Origin: a virus | Taxonomy: Duplodnaviria > Caudoviricetes | DNA length: 64,000 bases | Direction: 5' to 3' (one strand) | IMG/VR virus record: IMGVR_UViG_3300006056_000001 | Location: 64,001-128,000 of that record | In this document: piece after piece, positions 11,075-22,527 of the stretch | Layout: every line of letters begins with the position of its first letter | Numbering within the stretch: the stretch's first letter is position 1 | Position numbers and translations under genes: made by a program | Notes under the pieces: model-generated | The model's database searches: none | Seen by the model: only the letters and a program-made list of their open reading frames with translations | Told to the model about the DNA's origin: nothing

Positions 11075-11955
11075 TAATATCTCCTATTGTTTCTATCTAG
11101 TGCTTGTACTAATCCTGCTGTAGAGAAATTCATTCTTCTGACGGCAGAATTATTATAGTCGTTGAAATCAACTATGCTGCCTTCTGCTGCTCCGCCATAA
11201 GGTCTTTTACCTACTTTAAGCCCGGCATATCCTCCTGCGCCAGCTACTGCAAGTCCTGTCATTGTTGTGGCTAACTTTCCTTTACTGTGTAAAGCTACTC
11301 CTCCCATAAGCAAGGTAGCTGCTGTAGTTCCATAAAGGGTGTATTGTGTGGCCGGATGAGAAATAACGTTCATCAATCCAGAGCTAAGAGAAGAGGCACC
11401 TCCTAGTAAAGAAGATGAGGATAACATTTGTAGTAATCCAAACTGTGGCGCATCTTTTAGCTTATTTAATTTAGCTGTAGCGCTTGCTCTTCTTTTCATA
11501 ACAACGTCGTGCTTAGAAGTACTAAATGGCTCTGTTACACGATTTGTAGTGTAGCCGCCATCTGTAAGCGCAGTTCTTGTAATAGGACTCTTTCTATTCA
11601 ATAGTTTTCTATATTTATTGCCTTCTCCAAATAAATACTTATATGTGTTCTTTCCTCTACTAATATAGTCTCTATTTAATAGAGCCATACCGCCCATTGT
11701 CCAACCTACAAAATATTTACCTATGTTACCTGGAGTACTTACGCCTTCTCCATATTCTCTTTCAAATCTTTCCGCGCCATAGTAATTTCTGCTTCTTTCT
11801 ATCTGCTTATCCATTAAAGCAGAAAAGCCATATCCGGCGCCCATGTACCCAGCAAACAATCCTAGACGCTGCTTAACCCCGGCGCCACCAAGCATCTTAG
11901 TAGGGTTTGTAAGCGTGGCTATTGAGTTACTAAGCATTCTTCTAAATATACTCAT
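11074..11955 (-). CDS. Hypothetical Gly/Ala-rich probable virion (ejection-type) protein
   Basis: 293 aa, basic, Gly-rich hydrophobic stretches; late operon. Confidence 0.4.
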   Translation of the reverse strand: MSIFRRMLSNSIATLTNPTKMLGGAGVKQRLGLFAGYMGAGYGFSALMDKQIERSRNYYGAERFEREYGEGVSTPGNIGKYFVGWTMGGMALLNRDYISRGKNTYKYLFGEGNKYRKLLNRKSPITRTALTDGGYTTNRVTEPFSTSKHDVVMKRRASATAKLNKLKDAPQFGLLQMLSSSSLLGGASSLSSGLMNVISHPATQYTLYGTTAATLLMGGVALHSKGKLATTMTGLAVAGAGGYAGLKVGKRPYGGAAEGSIVDFNDYNNSAVRRMNFSTAGLVQALDRNNRRY

Positions 11956-12158
11956 CTTAGTAGCCTCCCATATATCTAGACCTTAGAACGGGTCTGTAGG
12001 GCCTGTAATAGCCTGCTGTTCGCCTTAAGACAACATTACCTCTAGAGAATGAGTGCAGAGACATAGGATTAGGCGGAGTCATTGTTAATGCAGGTCCTTT
12101 CTTGGTTAGCATTCCTATAATAGGTCTCATAAAATAATTATCAAAACAATTTCTCATA

Positions 12159-12887
12159 TTATTCCTTTACCTTAAAGTCAGCATCCTTCATCTTTTCTGA
12201 TCTCTGCTTAACAATCTCTGCTGCCTTAGCTCTTTGTTCAGCATACTTCTGTGTAGGGTCTAGAGCAACTTGTCCTGCTTTTATCTGAGCTTCTCTGGTT
12301 GCAACCAAAGCCTCTCTGATCTTAGCAATATTTCTACCTGCTCTTTCCATAACATCTAATACAGGATTAATAACATCTCCAAAAATAGGTTCGCCTTGGT
12401 TTGTAGCTCCTACTTGTTTTTCAGAAACTAATCTAGGATCGTCAGATAAATGAACACTACATCTCCACTTTATTAATTCTTGTGTAGCAATTTCATACAA
12501 CATGTCCATGTCAAAAGAATGAACAGGATCGTCTGGATTTTCTATACCTAATGACTTTAGATGCTTATTAACCCAATTGGTTATCATGCCGGCTTCTACA
12601 GGGCATTTCTTATCTATAGGTAGTTTAGCACCAATTAATGCAAGTGGACAATTAGATATAAAAGGGCACTTGGCCCCTTTACAGACCATGCCCATTATGC
12701 CTACCGAGCCTCTAGTGGTAGCATCTATAAAAGAACTAAGTAGAGCGCGTTGTTCATTAGTTACAGGAGCATTTGTTTCTGCTATGTCAACTAATGAATT
12801 CAGCATCATCTGCTTCGTCTTTTTTAGATCCCCAGCTTTTACTTCCGAGACTGGCAAGAAATTGTTTTCCTCTTCTTTTGAACTCAA
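12159..12887 (-). CDS. Cys-motif protein, possible terminase small subunit
   Basis: CxxxxCPxxxxCPL..CP motif plus helical C-terminus; upstream of terL; function is a guess from position. Confidence 0.3.
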   Translation of the reverse strand: MSSKEEENNFLPVSEVKAGDLKKTKQMMLNSLVDIAETNAPVTNEQRALLSSFIDATTRGSVGIMGMVCKGAKCPFISNCPLALIGAKLPIDKKCPVEAGMITNWVNKHLKSLGIENPDDPVHSFDMDMLYEIATQELIKWRCSVHLSDDPRLVSEKQVGATNQGEPIFGDVINPVLDVMERAGRNIAKIREALVATREAQIKAGQVALDPTQKYAEQRAKAAEIVKQRSEKMKDADFKVKE

Positions 12888-14117
12888 GTTGAAATATCCT
12901 CTTTAAAGCGGCCCTACCAAATGGGCACTCTTTCCCATTTTTAACACTAAACTTATTATAGATTTCAAATTCATACCCATACATAGAATTTAGATGATCT
13001 CGGCATTCAGACGATTCTTCTATTATAGAAATCATTAATTCTATGGGTATGTTCAAGCTTTCTTTATCTCCTCAATAACATCTGGTCTAAGCTTTCCTTG
13101 CATACTTTCTATTAAAGCTTGCTTCTCATGCTTATCCATACTTCCATAATATTCCTTTCTCCAATTTTTTACAGTATTGGGATCAATTTCTGGCATAGGA
13201 GCTTGAGTAGAGTAGTAGTTAATAATTTGCTCATCTGTTACATGCATCATATCAGCTAGTTCTATTGTTAGCTGTACTAAAGCATATCTTAGCCCAGGAG
13301 TTATCCTGGCCCCGTACATCTTTTTATTAAGAAGCTCTTCAAGCGCCTTCTCAAATTTACTATTAGGCAAATTATAGTTAAAAGCCGCTAGAGTGTGAAG
13401 AAGGTTGTCAAAATTAATTCTAAGCACAGAGCTATCCTTAGGATCTTTATAGACACAAGAGAGTAGCTGAGTTGTAAGTCTTTCTTTATCTGAAATCATA
13501 TTTATTACTATTTATTAAAAAACCAGTCAAGAAGAGGTAACTTCAAGACTGGTATTCATTACCCAAGAAATTTGCACTAAGGACATATCAGGTCATATTA
13601 CTGATTCTTTCTTTCATCAAAGCTTCGAACTTTTCTGGTTCCTCTACAGACATCTTTGCGTACTTCATTGCTTCGTCGATCTTGTCGACTAATTGTTGAC
13701 GAAGCTCCTCCAGGCTGTCCCCGGTAAAAAATTCTGAAGGCATATTCTCAAAAATCACCGGAGAGTTAATCGGATACTTATCCAGGCTAGGCACTATATT
13801 TAAATTGACAATAATGCCCCACTTCTTGTTTCTCTGAGTAGCTGTGGTAAAATCTGTAGTAGTCTTTAGGTCTGTGGGACAATAAAGAACATTAACCATT
13901 CGGTAGCGATCTACGCTCTGTGTTTTAGGAAAAGCTTTAATGTTGTTCGTCATTTAAATCAATTAAAAGAGGCTCGTGTATTCTGTGATGACAGTAATCA
14001 CAAACGTCATCATTTAATACGATATTGGCCTCTAATGTCCTAGTATTCCCCGTGTTACACCCTTTCTTATCACAGATCCAGTAGATCTGCTTTATGTGTC
14101 TCTTTTTTTTAGCTTTG

Positions 14118-14762
14118 TCAGACATGTGCCTCTCCTTTCAACCAAGAAGAAAATTTACTTATGGGAATAAATATTTGAAGGTGAGGAACAGGAATTTCAG
14201 TGTTATTGCTATTTATCATAACAATAGCTATTGTAATTCCTAGAAGCTCTCCTTTGTTGTTGAAAACTCCACCGCCGGAGTTTCCAGGCATAGCTGGACT
14301 AGAGCATAACCAACCGCCTTCTGCTATGTTTGTAACTGATTGGTTTATAATACCTATTGTTACTACTTGACTTATGCCAAGTGGGTAACCTACAGTATAA
14401 ACCACATCCAGAGGCCGCGGGTCGGAAAATTGACATTTAACCGGGGCAACAGGACTAGTACTTATGCATGTTAAAATAGCTATATCTAAAGAATAAAGTT
14501 TAGATTGTAAAATTCTATTTTGTTCTTTATTTACTACTATACTTAGTCCGTGATTGACAGCTACATGCTTAGCTGTTAAAATATCAATTATATAAACTTC
14601 TTCGTCTTTGACACATTTAATAACTACACCTGTTCCAATTATTTGGTTATTCCATATAATAGGAACACATGCATTTAAATCAATATCAGGTCTTGGTTGA
14701 ACTACTTGTGTTACACATCCTAGTGTACATAATACTAAAAATAAACAAGTGAATAGTCTCAT
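14118..14762 (-). CDS. Trypsin-like serine protease with lipoprotein-like signal
   Basis: Catalytic TAKH, DIA, GNSGG; likely start MRLFTCLFLVLCTLGC at 14762. Confidence 0.85.
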   Translation of the reverse strand: MRLFTCLFLVLCTLGCVTQVVQPRPDIDLNACVPIIWNNQIIGTGVVIKCVKDEEVYIIDILTAKHVAVNHGLSIVVNKEQNRILQSKLYSLDIAILTCISTSPVAPVKCQFSDPRPLDVVYTVGYPLGISQVVTIGIINQSVTNIAEGGWLCSSPAMPGNSGGGVFNNKGELLGITIAIVMINSNNTEIPVPHLQIFIPISKFSSWLKGEAHV

Positions 14763-15059
14763 AGGTATCCTTTGGAGAGTAATAGATACCCATCGAATTT
14801 GGACCAACAATATTCTAAGAACCGCGAGAGTGTCAAATATTTGCCTTATAGAGATAAAATTTAAAAAAATATATAAAAAAATTAATGCCAATTTATATAA
14901 TCAAAATATTGCCCTAAGCTTGTTAAAAAATTACAATTTTGGAGATGATAGTTGTTGATTATGTTGCTGCAAGACGTTCTTGCGGAACACGGTCACCCCT
15001 GTCTTTTGAGACGAAGACAGGTGAACTCAAGGTCTCAAGCCTTAGGAGGCTTTTCTATC

Positions 15060-15443
15060 ATGAGCACGAAGCTCTCGTTCGTCGTTCTGTTGGTGTGTGT
15101 GTTGGCCATGCAGTTTGGCCTGTTGGCGTCTGTGCCTCTCGCTGATGCGGTCCTGCCTTGGATCGCTGCGTTCGCGGTGCTCAGCGTCTGCTGGCCGATC
15201 GTGTCCTTGGTCTTGGGCATGTTCGGTGTCTTGGCCTTCGATGAGAAGAAGGCGCCGATCGTTGAGTATGACCTGAGCAAGCCAGGCCACAAGTTCGGCT
15301 ACATGGCATCGCTCATCGTCGGCAAGGCAGTGCGTGTGGTGCGCAAGGGTGCCTCTACCGTGCTCAATACGGCAGGCAAGTGGGTTGAGCCCAAGCCGGC
15401 CAAGGCCCGCCGTGTGGTCGTCCAGCCCTTGTTCAAGGACTGA
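15060..15443 (+). CDS. GC-rich membrane protein (first plus-strand gene)
   Basis: AGGAGG upstream of ATG 15060; two TM-like segments. Confidence 0.6.
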   Translation: MSTKLSFVVLLVCVLAMQFGLLASVPLADAVLPWIAAFAVLSVCWPIVSLVLGMFGVLAFDEKKAPIVEYDLSKPGHKFGYMASLIVGKAVRVVRKGASTVLNTAGKWVEPKPAKARRVVVQPLFKD

Positions 15444-15509
15444 GATGGACATAGGTGATGTGACCTACCTACATACAAGTGGTCACATTTCTTGATACTG
15501 GAGGGTATC

Positions 15510-15632
15510 ATGCAGTACCGTGATGAGCGTGGTCGTTTCGCCAAGAGCGAAGTCCTGTGGAAGAAGATTGCGGTGCAGACTTTGTACTGTGCCGTGGTGT
15601 TCTACGTCTTTGGCTGCTTTGCCATGATGTAG
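15510..15632 (+). CDS. 40-aa membrane peptide (MQYRDERGRFAK...), absent from ORF track
   Basis: GGAGG RBS, ATG 15510, TAG 15630-15632, hydrophobic C-terminus. Confidence 0.55.
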   Translation: MQYRDERGRFAKSEVLWKKIAVQTLYCAVVFYVFGCFAMM

Positions 15633-16696
15633 GACTTGGGCTTGGCTAGTCTGTGCCCTTAAACATGACTAGATCATTGGGTGTTGTGGCCTACCTATAT
15701 TAAAAGGGCTACATTTGAAGGAGTTAGAAGCATGACTCAAAATATTGAGTCGTATCGTCTAGACATGGAGTATACGTCCAGCAATGGATGGAAGCATCAT
15801 GTCCAAGCCACTTGCTATAAGTGCAAGTGGTGTGGTGAGAAGTGGGAGCCTGCCTATTATGGTCAGGACTCTCGCTGGTGGTGTGGGGCCTGGGATCATA
15901 GGTGTCCTAAGGCCCCAAAGGTCCCGGTTGTGCCTGCTGCTGAGGTAGAGCAACAGGCTGGCTGGGACGTCTGAGGGCTAACGACCTGAATCAAGTCGTA
16001 AAACTGATTCGTAGGACAGGCATTGGGGCTATGCCATAAAAGCTCCATCATTCCCGTAGTGTATTGCTACGGGGCAGGAGTCTAGATATTAACAATGGTG
16101 CGAAGCACCATGTATCTGGACACTTTGTACTGGAGGCACCATGTCAGAAAACATGCGGGAGATCCTTGTAGATCTCCGTAGAGTCCTTGACGAGATCAAG
16201 GATATCGAGCAACAACGGGCGCGTGCCCGTAAGGCTTTTGACTCTCGCCTAGTAGAGAGTCTGGAAACTGACCTTCGTAAGTTCGAAGGCAGGCGTAACG
16301 CTTTGGCCGCTCTGGCCAGGCTGAAAGGCATCTCCCCTGAGGAGATGAGGAGTGTGCTCTTTGGATAGGCAACAAGTTAGGTATCGAGTCAAGAAATTGC
16401 TCGAGAACCTGAAGTCTCAGCGTGAAGCTGAGTTGCTCCGTAGCGCCAGTATTGCTGGTGCGAGTGCTGCCAGCAGCGTGCTGGTCTTGGTCTTCCTTGA
16501 TGATAACATCAAGAGGGCTGAGTCGGTGTTGGAGCGCATCCCTGTGCTCTGCACCTCGTGTGGACACAGGTATCCCGAACGTGCAGGGCTGTGTTTGCCC
16601 TGTATGTTTGAGAACTAACCGGGCGGGTAGTCCCTTACTACTAAGGTTGCAAGATTAACCTGACACCTGGACACATTGTACAGGGCGAAAATCTGA

Positions 16697-18130
16697 TTGG
16701 AGCTACACATGTACACCGTTCAATACTTCTTTCTCTCGCTCGTGGCCTATTGCCACGACATGGTGATGGTCTCTAGCCTGCGCGACCGTGGTGTCGTGCA
16801 TGCTGTTGGGCCTGTGGTCCACTCGATGGACGAGGCCGTTGGCTTCGTCTGTGACACCCGTAAGAGGGAGCGTGCTCTCAGGCTGATGGATTACCTGCGT
16901 GCTCGCTATGGGCACCAGGACACCCAGCTTGTCCTTCAGGACGAAGAGGATGGTGAGTTGCGCTGGATGAATGGCATCCAGGTCCAGATCAACAATACGC
17001 ATGAGCGTATCATGCGTCAGTTTCGTGATGTCCAGGACATCTTGGATCACGACATCGAAAACTTGGCCCGGGAGAATCCTGAGGTCAAGCTTTGGCTCCA
17101 GGAGCAGGGAGGCATCAACAAGCTCAACGAGAAGTTGAGTGGCAAGAACCTGACTGGGAAGCACGGGTGGTATCAGAATACCATCAAGTACTTCAAGCGG
17201 GTCCTTGGGCATGTGCCGCCTGCCTTTGGCAAGCCGAGCAAGGAACACGCTGATAGTGCCACCACCTATGGTGGGTATGCGGTCAACGTGCACCGTACCA
17301 TGGTCAATCGTAAGTGCCATGGTGAGGTGGCTGACCTGGAAGGTGTTAACGACTGGGCTACCACTGAGACCAACATCAGTGATCTCCCTGGCTGGTACAG
17401 GAGGATTACCTACAGTCAGATGATTGTGGGTAAGCACCGCAAGGCTCCCTATAAGGGATCGAAGGAAGGGAAGCAGTGGCTGGCTCGTCAGATTGCTGAT
17501 GGGCTCAATAACAGATTGGCCAAGCTTCGGCCTGTGATCTGCTATGGCCCTAGCCTTGGTGATGCACCGTACACGAATGTGTACGAGAAGTTCTCTGATG
17601 CGCAGGTGGATCGGAATCCTGACATTCAGAGGCTGATCTCTCGGTTCAGGAATGAGCCTGAGAGGATGGTCTGGAAGAAGATCGAGATCTTCGGAGGCAA
17701 GGTCACCACTTGGGTGGCTGGCATCATCACTGGTAAGGGCAACTATGTGTGGTTGTCCTTGAGCAAGCAGTCAAACGAGTTGTTTGACTACTACACCAAC
17801 GATGGCAAGAATGTGATTGGTCGTAAGATCAATTTCATGCTGCCACCACGAGAGAAGAGAGAGACTTATCACAAGTACAACTTGGTCAAGGGTCACCGGT
17901 TCATCCGTACTAAGAAGAAGGGCGATGCCCTTCTGGTTGTCCACGAGGCTACCAAGGATTACCCTGATTCCAAGGGTAAGGACTACATTCAGGTCTGTAA
18001 GATCTGGGAGGAAGAGATGACTCCCCAGCAGTGGGGCGCTAAGCGTAAGCGTCTCATTAAGGAAGGATGGGAGTCTGTGCGTGTCCGTAAGGGCACCATC
18101 CAGGCTGACACCAAGGAGATGGATATCTGA
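16697..18130 (+). CDS. Large GC-rich hypothetical protein
   Basis: 477-aa ORF with high GC3 codon bias; no motif recognised. Confidence 0.6.
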   Translation: MELHMYTVQYFFLSLVAYCHDMVMVSSLRDRGVVHAVGPVVHSMDEAVGFVCDTRKRERALRLMDYLRARYGHQDTQLVLQDEEDGELRWMNGIQVQINNTHERIMRQFRDVQDILDHDIENLARENPEVKLWLQEQGGINKLNEKLSGKNLTGKHGWYQNTIKYFKRVLGHVPPAFGKPSKEHADSATTYGGYAVNVHRTMVNRKCHGEVADLEGVNDWATTETNISDLPGWYRRITYSQMIVGKHRKAPYKGSKEGKQWLARQIADGLNNRLAKLRPVICYGPSLGDAPYTNVYEKFSDAQVDRNPDIQRLISRFRNEPERMVWKKIEIFGGKVTTWVAGIITGKGNYVWLSLSKQSNELFDYYTNDGKNVIGRKINFMLPPREKRETYHKYNLVKGHRFIRTKKKGDALLVVHEATKDYPDSKGKDYIQVCKIWEEEMTPQQWGAKRKRLIKEGWESVRVRKGTIQADTKEMDI

Positions 18131-18842
18131 CAGGCGCAAGCCTGTCAGGTTCCTGACAATAGGGGCTTCACCATGCCATTCTACGTACTGTTGGTATTAG
18201 CATTCCTTTTGGGAATGCTGTTCACCTTGTGCTACGTATTCCTAGTCACTAGGAAGCGATAGTACCTAGACACCCCGGCCTTAGGGCCGGGTGTTAAGTT
18301 TATAATTTAAATAATGTACAGATTAACCATTAGTCCCGGGGTAAATAGATAATGTAGGATAAATACTATCTATTATGTATATTGTGTATATACTAGACAC
18401 TATGTAAGTTAATAAACCTACAGTAAATATTATATACTTTACATTACCGGGATGTATCAAATAAATGATATTATAGAGTAATAAATAGGAGATATGTGTA
18501 GGAGATGGTTACTATTGTTATATCAAAATATAGTTACTATTCATTTATCAATATTGTTATGTCAAATATATTAGTTTGTCAATATATTAGTTTATATAAA
18601 TATTGATTAGTAATCTTCTCTACTCTAAATACAATGAAAGCTCTACTTACTCTAATATCTCTGTTATTACTCACATCCTGCCTAGAGCAGGATAAATATA
18701 AAGAAGATGTTACTGTTACAAAAACTGATAGATTTATTACTAAGTGGTATCCTAATGTAGCTATTACTCATATAGTAGATACTACTACTGGTTTAGAGTA
18801 TATTAGTGTATATAATGGTGGTATTATTCAACTAGGTATAAA

Positions 18843-20048
18843 GCCCGGGGATATCAAATAACTGATACTTCCAGTATGCAAGCTTTCGATCATCCGTTCT
18901 ACCAACAAGTTGGCAACTTGGTTGCCGATCACATGACAGCCCTGATCAAGGCTGTTCGGCCCATCGCAGAGAAGGCAGAGGTATACCCTGTGGAAGCGTT
19001 GGCTGTCATCTACAATCAAATGGGCAGGTTTGCCCTTCGGCTCTCTGAGCCTTTGGCTGATGGTCTTGTGGAGACTCCGCAAGAAGGCGAAGCTGCTCGA
19101 CTTCAGTTCGAGACTCAGTTCAGAGTAGGGATTGCCCGTTCACCCAGAGATGCATTGAACATTGCTTTGGGATATGAAGGTGACCGGCCACCATCAAAGA
19201 ACTGATACTTCCTGTATGAATACTCCCGCACAGTTCACTTGTCTCTGTGGTAGTACATTCCACAACTCTGAGATGATGTTTTCTAATCTCTGTCCTGACT
19301 GTGTGAAAGGAGGTAGCAAGTGTACCGAATGTAATCGTACTCTTCATGGAGAGACAGGGCACATGGGAAGGTATCTCTTGGCCTACTGTGCCAATGAGAA
19401 GTGCTGTCGGTTTACCACTCCTGTGGAGTTCAAGAGCAAGTCTTCATTCTATGAACCAGAGACTTCTGTCTCTGATTCTTTGGATGATTTGTAGCCCGAG
19501 GATGTCAAATACTTGACACTACCTGTATGATCCTACAACAAGTGTTGGACCAACGATTGAAGATCGTTGAGGCAATCCTGACTCTTCCAGATCTTCCTGT
19601 CTGGTTCTCTACTCATAACCAGATTTCTCGGAAGTTGGGATGGTGTCCTGGGTGTATGAACGACCATAACGGAGACGAGTATTGCGCGCCCTGTTATGAG
19701 ACTCTGAACTGGATCAACACAACTCTTCCCAAGGAGTAGACCATGAATCCCTCTTTCGATGAACTCATTGCTGAAGCTCGAAAGCTCATTGTCAAAGCTT
19801 CTGATGCTCATGTAGCTTTGGATAGTCATACCCAAAAGCTAGCTTTGCTCAAGCAAGAGATTCAGACTGCTGAGGCTGCCAGAAATGAAGCTTTTAACAA
19901 GGCTTCAAATCTTGTTTTCGAACAAGCTATGCTCCTTCCTTATGATCATTTGCAGAATCTAGTTGAAGATATCTGCAAGAGAATGAGTTGGAAGGTCAGT
20001 TTCTGAGACCCACATGGCGGGTGGGTGTCAAATATTTAATACTACCAG
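18843..20048 (+). promoter_or_regulatory. Repeated ~33-bp leader motif, consensus approx. GCCCGG..RTRTCAAATANYTGAYACTWCCWGT-ATG
   Basis: Copies at 18843, ~19183, 19493 each end directly at an ATG (18876, 19216, 19527); degenerate copies at ~20017 and ~21145. Confidence 0.65.
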
Positions 20049-20191
20049 CTTTATATTTGATCTTGCTCAAATATCTTTAACTCTTTATATCCTATATACT
20101 TATGAAAGTTTAGAAGTTTCGTGATCTATATAAGTTTTGATACTTAAATAATATCTCTCATACTTCAAGCTAATACACATCAAAATACTAT

Positions 20192-21139
20192 ATGGAACAA
20201 ACTTTCCCAATATATATTAAAGAATATGTAACTATTAGTTGTAAATATCATATTAAACATTGTGATTCTTGTCATTCTTCTCTATTCACTATATTTATTA
20301 ACAACAAAGTCCCTTCTTATATTGCAATAAACTGTTATACTTGTAATAGATCTATTGATTCATATGAAGATGATCCTTGGATTGCAAGAGAACTTATTAA
20401 AGTAAATAATAAATACTTGACTATTTCATTATATATATGAATATATCTTTTCCAATGTATATCAATAAATATACTAATACTTATATTAAAAGGGCTTGTA
20501 CAAACTGTTATAGTTGTAACTCTTCTATATTTGTTATATCAGTATCAGATTCTTTAAACTATATAAATATACAATGTTATATTTGTAAATATCACATAGA
20601 TAACTATTTTAATAACTATGATAATAACAAAATGCTTATTGAATCAAATAAAAATAACTTAATCAGCTTATCAAATATATGATGTTGCGCGATTTAAAGC
20701 AAGGAACTGTATTTAGTATTTTAAATGATCCAACTCATACTTTAGTTAAAACATGTTGTAATAATCTTTATGTTATTATTGATCTTTCTTTAACTGTACC
20801 AAGAAGATATAAAGTTCATTGTTATATATGTCATAACAAATATGAATATTATCCTACAAGATTAGTTAAAATAGTTCATACTATATCTATATGATACTAG
20901 AAGAAATAGCACTTCAAGAAGATGAAAACATTTTATTTTCTTTTGATATTATGTCTACTGAAGAAAATAACATATTACCATGTGAGTTATGCTCATCAAA
21001 TATTTGGTATTGTAGTATTAGACAAAAAAAAGATAGAGAGGATCCTACTTTTTCAAGTATTTATTGTTATGTATGTAAGGATTTTACTTATTACTTTTCT
21101 AATAGAGCGGTTAGCATTCTTAATACTATTTCTGTGTAA
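20192..21139 (+). CDS. Array 1 of AT-rich Zn-ribbon mini-proteins (4 ORFs)
   Basis: 20192, 20437, 20679, 20891; C(xx)C...CYxC and hydrophobic ISxx-type C-termini; ATGA-coupled. Confidence 0.7.
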
Positions 21140-21223
21140 TCTTAGCCCGGTGTGTTAAAAATCTGATTTATTTCCATTGTGATGAGTCTTTCTGCTTATC
21201 ACATTCTCTTTCAGACTACAAAC

Positions 21224-21754
21224 ATGACCAAGATCGCACAATTCGATGGTGGCTACCTCGATCTCCGCGTTGTCCGTGCCTACGCCAAGTCGGAGGAAAT
21301 CCGTGAGGAGACTGGCATCCTCGTGGACTTCAGCGCCAAGATGGTGCTGGTGCAGGAAGGCAAGAAGGGACGCAAGGAGAACTTCGTCCTCTCCCTCAAC
21401 GACCTGCACATCCGTGTGACCAGGCAGAACGTCCTCAAGATCGGTTCGCAGAAGCGCGAATACACGGGCGCGCAAGGCAAGCAGACCGTCTACCCGATCT
21501 CGTTCTTCCCCTTCGCATCCCAAGAGGACGTGGAGAAGACCGAGGAGCAGATCAAGTTCGAGGATGCGTTCATCGACGAGCTGCTGCAGGACATCACGAA
21601 CTTCATCCGGGCTCGCCAGGGTGAAGCCGAGGAGCGTTCCAAGACTCCGCGGGCCATCCCCAAGACGGCTGCCGTGCAGGCTCTCTGCAGCCTCGGAGAT
21701 CTCACCGCCCTCAAGGCCAAGAAGGGCAAGAACGAAGACGACACGCCCTTCTGA
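21224..21754 (+). CDS. GC-rich protein with SSB-like acidic tail (EDDTPF)
   Basis: Likely start MTKIAQ; beta-rich N-terminus; C-terminal DDTPF resembles the SSB tail DDIPF. Confidence 0.5.
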   Translation: MTKIAQFDGGYLDLRVVRAYAKSEEIREETGILVDFSAKMVLVQEGKKGRKENFVLSLNDLHIRVTRQNVLKIGSQKREYTGAQGKQTVYPISFFPFASQEDVEKTEEQIKFEDAFIDELLQDITNFIRARQGEAEERSKTPRAIPKTAAVQALCSLGDLTALKAKKGKNEDDTPF

Positions 21755-21846
21755 GGGCGCTACGGAAGGTAATAGCTGGCCCGTAAGGGCCGGCTAGAAC
21801 TATTTTATCAGACCTTGACACCATGACGCCAAAATACTAATAACTA

Positions 21847-22527
21847 ATGAAAGTACTATTTTTAGATATAGATGGTGTATTAAATTCACATGTTACTCGT
21901 GCTACATATGGTAATGAGTATATAGATCCAACTATTATGTATATTTTAAATAATAGTCTTATAAGTAAAGGATGTAAAGTAGTAATAAGTAGTTCTTGGA
22001 AAGCGTTTTTATCTTTATCATTAGTAACAAAACTATTAACTGATGCAGGCTTAGATGAAGGCCTTATTATAGGAGCTACACCTAATCTATCATATGAATT
22101 TTATAATAGGGGCGATGAAATACAACAATGGTTAGATAATCATAAAGTAGAAGCATTTGCTATACTAGATGATGAATGTGATATGTCAGATGATTTATCA
22201 AAATATTTAGTAAGGACAGATCCACATAGAGGGATGTCTTATCAAGATTCTTGTGTAGTAAAACATATTTTAGATACTTTTAAAGATCTTATTTTTATTA
22301 AAGATGTAAGTTATTTTACTATGAATTCAGTATATAAAGTTATTAATACTCTTTGTGAATCTTGTAATTCAGATACTTTTATTATTCATAATATCAATAC
22401 TAATACACGTTTTATATTATATATTTCACTTTATTGTTATACTTGTTCATATATCCAAGATATTATAACATTAAGATCGAAACAACAAATACATAATTTC
22501 ATTAAGATTAAAACAATAGATATATGA
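21847..22527 (+). CDS. HAD-family phosphatase fused to a Zn-ribbon repeat unit
   Basis: FLDIDGVLN, ISSSW, RGDEI, ILDD; C-terminal CESC...CYTC...KTIDI. Confidence 0.75.
   Translation: MKVLFLDIDGVLNSHVTRATYGNEYIDPTIMYILNNSLISKGCKVVISSSWKAFLSLSLVTKLLTDAGLDEGLIIGATPNLSYEFYNRGDEIQQWLDNHKVEAFAILDDECDMSDDLSKYLVRTDPHRGMSYQDSCVVKHILDTFKDLIFIKDVSYFTMNSVYKVINTLCESCNSDTFIIHNINTNTRFILYISLYCYTCSYIQDIITLRSKQQIHNFIKIKTIDI

Noticed and set aside
413-12906. Plus-strand ORFs inside the head module, and the minus-strand ORFs overlapping GC-rich genes elsewhere
   Set aside because: Antisense shadows of well-supported genes, with no RBS or motifs
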